Part shown: positions 58,634 through 64,000 of the stretch, piece after piece
How positions within the stretch are numbered: the first letter of the stretch is position 1
Layout: each line of letters opens with the position of its first letter
DNA from: a virus
Taxonomy: Duplodnaviria > Caudoviricetes
Reading direction: 5' to 3' (one strand)
DNA: 64,000 bases
IMG/VR virus record: IMGVR_UViG_3300034061_003631
Coordinates: 11 to 64,010 of that record
Notes under the pieces: generated by a model
What the model saw: the letters and a program-made list of their open reading frames with translations, nothing else
Database searches by the model: none
What the model was told of the DNA's origin: nothing
Program-made: the position numbers and the translations under genes

Positions 58634-59005
58634 TTATGTGAACAATTACAACATAAAGTGAATAAGCTTTCTTTTACAAGAAAATTGTTAAATGAAAGTG
58701 ATACCCCCACCCAATTTCCAGTTCAAGATAAACCAGGCGGTCCTTTGTATGTGCCCGGGAATCCTTATTGGGAACCAGCTCGGCCACCAATTCGGCCATC
58801 AGTTTGGCCACAAGATTGGCGACATCCTGGCGGAATAATTGATCATGAATACCCGACTCTGCCTACTCTGCCTCCTTACCCTGTCTGGGAACATGATAGT
58901 GACCCCCCTCCAGGTTGGGATGGATGGTGGCCCGATGCCCCACCCGGTGATCCAAGAAGTATTCCACCTGATACTTGGCCTCGTAAACCCCCCGCTGTAG
59001 GATAA
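58604..59005 (+). CDS. Leader-cargo array member (MDYLT leader), Pro/Trp-rich cargo
   Basis: MDYLTNYYKNLCEQLQHKVNKLSFTRKLLNE. Confidence 0.78.
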   Translation: MDYLTNYYKNLCEQLQHKVNKLSFTRKLLNESDTPTQFPVQDKPGGPLYVPGNPYWEPARPPIRPSVWPQDWRHPGGIIDHEYPTLPTLPPYPVWEHDSDPPPGWDGWWPDAPPGDPRSIPPDTWPRKPPAVG

Positions 59006-59034
59006 CATAATACTTTAAAATTTTTCGAATAAAC

Positions 59035-59068
59035 TTTTGGGCTCCTTCCGGGGGCCCAAAATTTTTTT
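59035..59068 (+). terminator. Intrinsic terminator closing the array
   Basis: TTTTGGGCTCC-TTCC-GGGGGCCCAAAA followed by T7. Confidence 0.75.
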
Positions 59069-59269
59069 AGGGCATACCATGTATTTTAAGGTTTGGGGTG
59101 GAGGGGGGTGGCCAAAAAATTTTTAGACCATCAAGGATATTTGAAAAAATTTGAGAAAATTTGAGAGGGACGGGGAGCTAGCCGTTTTTATCGGACGCCG
59201 CCAGATGGGACCCAAATTACTACTCGGACACCGCTAAAATAACTAAAATAATTTTTTCAAATAACTTTG

Positions 59270-59304
59270 AAAACAAAGATGCCCCCGCCTTCGGCGGGGG
59301 CATC
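59270..59304 (-). terminator. Intrinsic terminator of the minus-strand early gene
   Basis: GATGCCCCCGC-CTTCG-GCGGGGGCATC, followed by TTTGTTTT on the minus strand. Confidence 0.75.
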
Positions 59305-59317
59305 TGGTGGGCTGGGG

Positions 59318-59461
59318 TTACTGGCCCCAGTACCAGTCCCAGTAGGTGTCCTCCTCTGGGGCCTCGGCGTATTCCCTTTCTTCGTCCGGATTCGCGTTGC
59401 GCTTGGCGAGACGAATCTCAACGGGGCGGGTGGTTTCTTCGATGTGGGTGGTGCTGTCCAT
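59318..59461 (-). CDS. Small leaderless early protein (47 aa)
   Basis: TTGACA-N17-TATCAT-N6-ATG; MDSTTHIEETTRPVEIRL...WDWYWGQ. Confidence 0.65.
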   Translation of the reverse strand: MDSTTHIEETTRPVEIRLAKRNANPDEEREYAEAPEEDTYWDWYWGQ

Positions 59462-59467
59462 ACGCGT

Positions 59468-59496
59468 ATGATACCAGATACCTGCGTGTATGTCAA
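59468..59496 (-). promoter_or_regulatory. Early sigma70-type promoter
   Basis: TTGACA-N17-TATCAT. Confidence 0.8.
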
Positions 59497-59558
59497 CCCT
59501 CAAAGTAAAACACCACCCAAATTTTTGGGTGGTGTGGCTAAGGGGTAGGCGGTGGGCT

Positions 59559-59885
59559 TTACATCTCGCCCCATCCCGCGCTCGCTAGCCAGTCGTTGTC
59601 TGCGTCCCAGTCCTCGCGGCTCATCCGGCTAGCCGCATCGCTGAACGCTTGGTTGTCGGCATCGCGCTCCGCGTCATCCTGCGCCTTGCGCTCCTCGCCG
59701 TACCCGGCGATCTCCCATCGGTTCTCACGGGAACCCGTGGGCTTGGCCTCGCGCTTCGCCTCGCGCTCCCGCTCCTCCTGCTCCTCGCAGGAGGGGCACG
59801 GGCGATCATCGTAGGCGTACTCCGGGCGGTGGCACTGGCAGGGGAAGTGTTCGTGTTCGTGGTTGTGGGTGGTGCTGTTGTGCAT
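59559..59885 (-). CDS. Leaderless early protein with His/Cys metal-binding N-terminus
   Basis: MHNSTTHNHEHEHFPCQCH...RPCPSC; ATG 6 nt after the -10 box. Confidence 0.7.
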   Translation of the reverse strand: MHNSTTHNHEHEHFPCQCHRPEYAYDDRPCPSCEEQEEREREAKREAKPTGSRENRWEIAGYGEERKAQDDAERDADNQAFSDAASRMSREDWDADNDWLASAGWGEM

Positions 59886-59891
59886 GGCGGT

Positions 59892-59920
59892 ATGATACCA
59901 TGCCTCGCCTTCCTTGTCAA
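59892..59920 (-). promoter_or_regulatory. Early sigma70-type promoter
   Basis: TTGACA-N17-TATCAT. Confidence 0.8.
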
Positions 59921-59957
59921 GCCCTTCGTAGAATATTTTTTTCTTTGTTCCTACCCC

Positions 59958-59986
59958 TTGACAGCGTAGGCGGAGTCTGGTACAAT
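59958..59986 (+). promoter_or_regulatory. Early sigma70-type promoter
   Basis: TTGACA-N17-TACAAT. Confidence 0.85.
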
Positions 59987-59992
59987 CCACCC

Positions 59993-60187
59993 ATGAGCAC
60001 CACTCTCCGCATCGCTTCCATCGTCTCCGTTCTCTGCGTCATCCTCTCCGCGTTCCTTGCCTTCGGGCTTGCCTACAACGGCGACTACATCCGCGCCACG
60101 GTCTGCCTTGCCTTCTGCGGCTTTGGTGTTCTGTTGTGGCGGCTCACCGACATGGCGGACGAAGAGTACTACCGGGGTATGAAATAA
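59993..60187 (+). CDS. Leaderless small membrane protein (two predicted TM segments)
   Basis: MSTTLRIASIVSVLCVILSAFLAFGLAY...TVCLAFCGFGVLLW. Confidence 0.7.
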   Translation: MSTTLRIASIVSVLCVILSAFLAFGLAYNGDYIRATVCLAFCGFGVLLWRLTDMADEEYYRGMK

Positions 60188-60339
60188 CTGGGTGGTGCCA
60201 GTAACAGCCGAAGAGGATTCGTTCCCTGCCCCGATTCGTTCGGGGCTAGGTTGTTTTAAGCTACTATCAGCGTGGGAGGGCCACGCTGATAGTTGTTACC
60301 GGACGCGAAGAAATATTAGAATATTCTCGCCGCTGGGGG

Positions 60340-60368
60340 TTGACTGGACGGGCGGCGTCTGGTACAAT
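60340..60368 (+). promoter_or_regulatory. Early sigma70-type promoter
   Basis: TTGACT-N17-TACAAT. Confidence 0.85.
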
Positions 60369-60374
60369 TCGGGC

Positions 60375-60938
60375 ATGAACAGCACCACCACCCACCGTTA
60401 CCTCACCGTCCGCAACCGCGCCACCGAATCTTTCATCGGGCTTCTCGCCCAGGCTACGCTCTTCGACCTCCACGCTGCCGAGCGTTGGTACTCCGAGGCG
60501 CAGGGCTTCGCTAACTCGCTGCGCCCGATGACCGGATGGAACATGGAAGTCGCCGCGTCCGTTGTCTCCGCGTTCTCGCCCCGCGTTACTTGGGCGCACA
60601 ACAAGGCAAAGGCGACGCAGTACGCGCAGGGGATCGCCCCGAAGGGTCTTCGCTCCCATGTCGCTGCGGCGGATCGCTGCATCGTGGAAGGCTTCAACGG
60701 TCTGCGCGGTCTGAAGACGAATGCGTTCGCCCGTGCTATCGCGGGTGATCCTAACGCGGTCGTGGTGGATGTGTGGATGTGCCGCGCTGCGGGTCTGTGC
60801 AAGGACGCGCCGAACGCGACCGAGTACCGTGCCATCGCGGACGCGATCACCGCCATCGCGGGTACGCCGACCGTGAACATGGCACCTGCCACGCTTCAGG
60901 CTCTGCTGTGGATCATCGTCCGGGGCAAGGCGGACTAA
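60375..60938 (+). CDS. Leaderless early protein, DUF7178-like (HhH/glycosylase-like fold suspected)
   Basis: RWY...SAFSPRVTWAHN...GLKTNAF...VVVDVWMCRA...LQALLWI. Confidence 0.6.
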   Translation: MNSTTTHRYLTVRNRATESFIGLLAQATLFDLHAAERWYSEAQGFANSLRPMTGWNMEVAASVVSAFSPRVTWAHNKAKATQYAQGIAPKGLRSHVAAADRCIVEGFNGLRGLKTNAFARAIAGDPNAVVVDVWMCRAAGLCKDAPNATEYRAIADAITAIAGTPTVNMAPATLQALLWIIVRGKAD

Positions 60939-61095
60939 GGGCGGAGGCTGGGAAATAACCGAAAAGGATTCGTCCCTGCCCCGATTCGTTCGGGGCTAGG
61001 TTATTATTGGACAACTATCAAATTTGGCTTTAAGCGGCCAAATTTGATAGTAGACGGGACGGACGGATTATTTTTTATTTTTTCCACCCTACCCC

Positions 61096-61124
61096 TTGAC
61101 AGGACGCCACCTGCGCGGTACAAT
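61096..61124 (+). promoter_or_regulatory. Early sigma70-type promoter
   Basis: TTGACA-N17-TACAAT. Confidence 0.85.
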
Positions 61125-61130
61125 ACGCGC

Positions 61131-61406
61131 ATGAGCACCTCCTCCACCATCGTCCTTGACACCCCCGCACAGATCAACGCCTTCCGCGCCCACACCCTCC
61201 GCATCGGTCTGGAGTCCGAGATCAAGCACAACATGCGCCTGACCGGAAAGGCTCCTTCCTGCTACAGCATCATCAAGCGGGAACTGGGCTTCAAGGGCAA
61301 CAAGGTTCGCGTCTACGCCCAGTACGTCCTCTGGATGGGCGAGAAGGGTCTGCTCGACATCACCCCCACGGATCGGGCGACCCTGACGGCGTGGGCAGTC
61401 AAGTGA
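61131..61406 (+). CDS. Leaderless early hypothetical protein
   Basis: MSTSSTIVLDTPAQINAFR...SCYSIIKRELGFKGNK. Confidence 0.72.
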   Translation: MSTSSTIVLDTPAQINAFRAHTLRIGLESEIKHNMRLTGKAPSCYSIIKRELGFKGNKVRVYAQYVLWMGEKGLLDITPTDRATLTAWAVK

Positions 61407-61451
61407 CCAGGAGGGGGAGGAGAGAATAAAAAAAATATTCTCTCCTCCCCC

Positions 61452-61480
61452 TTGACTTTCGCACCCCAAACTGATACAAT
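61452..61480 (+). promoter_or_regulatory. Early sigma70-type promoter
   Basis: TTGACT-N17-TACAAT. Confidence 0.85.
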
Positions 61481-61486
61481 ACCGAC

Positions 61487-61711
61487 ATGAGCACCACCAA
61501 GACCGTCAAGATGATCCCCAGCGGAGTTTCCGACCGCTACGCCTACGCCTACGGCTACCTCTCCGGCTGCATGAGGAATGTGGAGTACGCCGTGCAGCAG
61601 ATGCGCCGCCGCGATGACCCCGAGTGGGTGGCATTGTGGATGCACGAAATTCAGCGCGAGATCGCCTCCTTCAAGGCAATGGACGACGCCCTCCACAACG
61701 AACACGACTAA
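61487..61711 (+). CDS. Leaderless early hypothetical protein
   Basis: MSTTKTV...YAYAYGYLSG. Confidence 0.72.
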   Translation: MSTTKTVKMIPSGVSDRYAYAYGYLSGCMRNVEYAVQQMRRRDDPEWVALWMHEIQREIASFKAMDDALHNEHD

Positions 61712-61783
61712 AGGGTGGTGCTAGGGGGGCGGATGACTTGTTGTCTCCGCCCTCCACCCGACCCCCAACAAGAAAGAAAAAAA

Positions 61784-62077
61784 ATGAACGCAACCGAATC
61801 ACTCGCGAAACTCATTCGTACGGCCCTCTCCAACGGGGAGACTGTGCGAGTCTCGTTCCTAAAGGTGGACGGCACCCTCGCCGTTGACCGTCAGATCACC
61901 CGGAACATGATCGTCATTCCAAAGGACAAGCACCCGAAGTTTGTCCGTGGTGAGAACCCCGACTACATCACCGGGTTCGACATCAAGAAGGGTGACTGGA
62001 TTCGCTTTCACAAGGACAATGTCCGCAGCTGCATGGAATTCAGCCGTGCCGCAGAAAACATGGCTTTTGCCTCTTGA
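61784..62077 (+). CDS. SH3/WYL-like (DUF2693-type) beta-barrel protein
   Basis: VRVSFLKVDGT...ITRNMIVIP...FDIKKGDWIRF; start at MNATES after an A-rich leader. Confidence 0.65.
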   Translation: MNATESLAKLIRTALSNGETVRVSFLKVDGTLAVDRQITRNMIVIPKDKHPKFVRGENPDYITGFDIKKGDWIRFHKDNVRSCMEFSRAAENMAFAS

Positions 62078-62102
62078 CACTCGCACCACAGTTCGGTACA
62101 AT
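62074..62102 (+). promoter_or_regulatory. Early sigma70-type promoter
   Basis: TTGACA-N17-TACAAT. Confidence 0.85.
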
Positions 62103-62108
62103 ACCGCC

Positions 62109-62462
62109 ATGAACAGCACTACCCCCAAGCGTCTGCCCATCGTTGATGACCTCGTTCGCTCCCTGATGGTCTGCGCGTCCACGATCAAGGAGATCAAGGA
62201 TCAGCCGGATGAGGTCAACTGCTCTCTCGCCTTCTGTGAGGTTGCCGTGAGCCTTCCTCCTGCTTGGTTCAGCCTCCCGGAGCGTCTGCTCATCGTGAGC
62301 GTGATTCAGGAACTCACGGGCAAGAACGCGATTGAGTTCATCGACAACCTAGACGATGACTCCATCTCGTACTACAACAAGTGCCGCAGTCCAAACGGAA
62401 AGGACATCAACGAGGTGGTGGAGCAGATTTTCATGGCTCACGCCGCTGCGTTCCCCAATTAA
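62109..62462 (+). CDS. Leaderless early hypothetical protein
   Basis: MNSTTPKRLPIVDDL; ATG 6 nt after the -10 box. Confidence 0.72.
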   Translation: MNSTTPKRLPIVDDLVRSLMVCASTIKEIKDQPDEVNCSLAFCEVAVSLPPAWFSLPERLLIVSVIQELTGKNAIEFIDNLDDDSISYYNKCRSPNGKDINEVVEQIFMAHAAAFPN

Positions 62463-62669
62463 ATACAGTCCCCGACCTTGACCGGATACTGGGTCGCAAA
62501 CTAGGGCGCGTTGCAAGGCGTTCTAGCACGAAAGGATGACTGTGCCTTTCAAAACCTCTGACCCGTCCCTCTTTAGGGCGGGTCATGTTTATTTGACAAC
62601 TATCAAATCGCGTTTTTTCCGCGATTTGATAGTAGCCCGGACAATCTGAAAAAATATTTGCTTTACCAC

Positions 62670-62698
62670 TTGACACCCACCGGACGGCATGATACAAT
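62670..62698 (+). promoter_or_regulatory. Early sigma70-type promoter
   Basis: TTGACA-N17-TACAAT. Confidence 0.85.
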
Positions 62699-62704
62699 CC
62701 GCGC

Positions 62705-62959
62705 ATGACCTACCTTCCTTACAACAGCGACCCCGGTGAATACGACAACGAAACTCTCCCCTACGCCGATGGCTACAGCGAGGAGGACTTCGTGGCAGAA
62801 CTGATGTCCGAGGGCTACTCCGAGGACGAGGCTCGTCGCATGGCGGGTGACTACGATGCCGATGACTACAGCGGCAGCGAGGTTGACCTTGATCGGGATG
62901 TCCCCGAGATGGATGACTTCGATTCCGAGGACTTCGTTGACGAGGAGGACTTCGGATGA
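62705..62959 (+). CDS. Leaderless highly acidic small protein
   Basis: About 31 of 84 residues are D/E, no Lys. Confidence 0.72.
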   Translation: MTYLPYNSDPGEYDNETLPYADGYSEEDFVAELMSEGYSEDEARRMAGDYDADDYSGSEVDLDRDVPEMDDFDSEDFVDEEDFG

Positions 62960-63264
62960 TCGTCAAGGTAGAAGCAGCGTTCCCTGGAACCGTGAACCGT
63001 GGATGGACTACCCGCAGGTACAAGAAGTGTACTGGGAGCCTCCTCCATGCTCTGTCTCTCGCCTTCCCTAACGATGCAAGCATGATCGTCACCCTTGAGG
63101 TGAACCACACCTCCGGAATCGACAACTTCATCTACATGGTGGAGTTTCCGGAGGGAGCCAGAAGGCAGCAGGTTGACTTCTTCATCCGCCTCGCAAAACA
63201 AGTTAAACATTTCTACGCCGTGGACTTGATTTCCGCCCCCGAACCTGCTACAATACCCGCATGA
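62956..63264 (+). CDS. Hypothetical protein
   Basis: ATGA overlap with the upstream gene. Confidence 0.55.
   Translation: MIVKVEAAFPGTVNRGWTTRRYKKCTGSLLHALSLAFPNDASMIVTLEVNHTSGIDNFIYMVEFPEGARRQQVDFFIRLAKQVKHFYAVDLISAPEPATIPA
63226..63254 (+). promoter_or_regulatory. Early sigma70-type promoter
   Basis: TTGATT-N17-TACAAT. Confidence 0.75.
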
Positions 63265-63506
63265 GCAAGCACCGCCCCAACAAGCCAACCACTTGTGACA
63301 TCTCCGATCTCCTGAACGAGATCTACGCATTCGTGACGGAGAATCCCCTGTGGTACGAGGACGAGGATAGCCTTCTCAAGATGGGAATGGCACTCGCAGC
63401 ACTCAAGGCAATCAGCCAACCGGAAGATGTCACGCAGGAGGAGTACGACTTCTGCATCACCCTGTTCAACACCTTCAACGAAAGCGTTCGGAGCAACAAT
63501 GAGTAA
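63261..63506 (+). CDS. Leaderless early hypothetical protein
   Basis: MSKHRPNKP...ENPLWYEDED; ATG 6 nt after the -10 box. Confidence 0.7.
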   Translation: MSKHRPNKPTTCDISDLLNEIYAFVTENPLWYEDEDSLLKMGMALAALKAISQPEDVTQEEYDFCITLFNTFNESVRSNNE

Positions 63507-63855
63507 CCCCACCAACAAGTTCGGCAACTTCTTCAACGATCCCAAGCCCGTGATGGGGACGATCAAGCCCAAGCCTGGGCAGATCCTTGAAGCCCTCTAC
63601 ACCGTGATGCTGATGGAGCCGCATTGGTACAAGCGGACTGACCTGCGGATGGTCGTTCTCTCCTCTCTCAAGGGTCTGGCGTTGCTCGTTCAGGAGGAGA
63701 AGGACAAGGGCATCGAACACCCGATCAACTCTGCCGAGGCTGCGTTCCTCTGCATTCTTGGCGACCTCGCACTCGCAACCCGAGAGCAGTACGCCACGGA
63801 CGAGGAGCGGGAGATGTTCCCGATAGACGAGGAAAACGAGGAAGAAGGAGATTGA
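63499..63855 (+). CDS. Hypothetical protein
   Basis: Start taken at MSNPTNKF (63499), overlapping the upstream stop; acidic C-terminus. Confidence 0.65.
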   Translation: MSNPTNKFGNFFNDPKPVMGTIKPKPGQILEALYTVMLMEPHWYKRTDLRMVVLSSLKGLALLVQEEKDKGIEHPINSAEAAFLCILGDLALATREQYATDEEREMFPIDEENEEEGD

Positions 63856-63880
63856 CAAACCCGCGCCCATCGGTTACAAT
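63852..63880 (+). promoter_or_regulatory. Early sigma70-type promoter
   Basis: TTGACA-N17-TACAAT, not followed by an ATG at +7. Confidence 0.8.
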
Positions 63881-63886
63881 GGGCAA

Positions 63887-64000
63887 AGCCAATGAGCCTG
63901 ACCGTAATCCCAGTTGGCGCCCCATAGGGGCAACGCTTCCCGCAAGGGAGAAACTGGTAGGCGCGGCGAATAGCAGTCAAGTCCCGACTGCCGTATGCAA
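63887..64000 (+). ncRNA. Putative structured non-coding RNA (may continue beyond the window)
   Basis: Own promoter; CCAGTT/AACTGG closes GCCCC-ATA-GGGGC and CTTCCC-GCAA-GGGAG hairpins; then GCAGTC/GACTGC hairpin; only an 11-codon ORF. Confidence 0.45.

Noticed and set aside
53033-59005. Leader array as RiPP precursors or a DGR target set
   Set aside because: No modifying enzymes, transporter or reverse transcriptase nearby; cargoes are 100-220 aa; paralogue differences are not adenine-specific
60203-61005. Three-way junction as a hammerhead ribozyme
   Set aside because: No CUGANGA core on either strand
60203-62635. Repeats as a CRISPR array
   Set aside because: Only two or three copies, separated by whole genes, with no constant spacer length and no cas genes
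59257-63980. Many long overlapping antisense and alternative-frame ORFs in the track
   Set aside because: Expected in GC-rich DNA; they conflict with promoter-anchored ORFs that have consistent codon bias
63881-64000. tRNA or tmRNA
   Set aside because: No T-loop GTTC motif, acceptor stem or cloverleaf visible

Overview
A 64-kb segment of a large T4-like (Tevenvirinae/Kyanoviridae-grade) myovirus genome, mostly AT-rich. In order: (1) 1-11.9 kb, a minus-strand glycan operon with gmd, an fcl/colC-like gene, a ColD-type 3-dehydratase, an epimerase, a split transketolase-like pair, a methyltransferase and about six glycosyltransferases of fucosyltransferase-like (GT10, GT11, NodZ-like) and GT25 type; (2) uvsY and uvsW; (3) 14.6-38.3 kb, head, neck, tail and baseplate genes (gp3, 23, 22, 21, 20, two gp19, a short gp18, 17, 16, 15, 14, 13, short gp7- and gp6-like genes, 25, an apparently split gp27-like hub, 53, 48, 4, 54, 26, 51); (4) gp32, gp33 and accessory genes (PAP2, zincin, ferritin-like, guaC, denV, deaminase); (5) a 1204-aa Gly/Cys-rich protein; (6) 53-59 kb, a tandem array of late genes with shared N-terminal leaders ending in [LI]-x-E, fused to variable Pro/Trp-rich cargoes, with DNA-level evidence of leader swapping; (7) from about 59.25 kb, an abruptly GC-rich region with ten near-consensus sigma70-type promoters, nine of them followed by an ATG exactly 6 nt after the -10 box (leaderless genes), separated by repeated structured elements. 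All product calls come from motif recognition by eye; no database searches were run. No tRNA, rRNA or CRISPR array was recognised.
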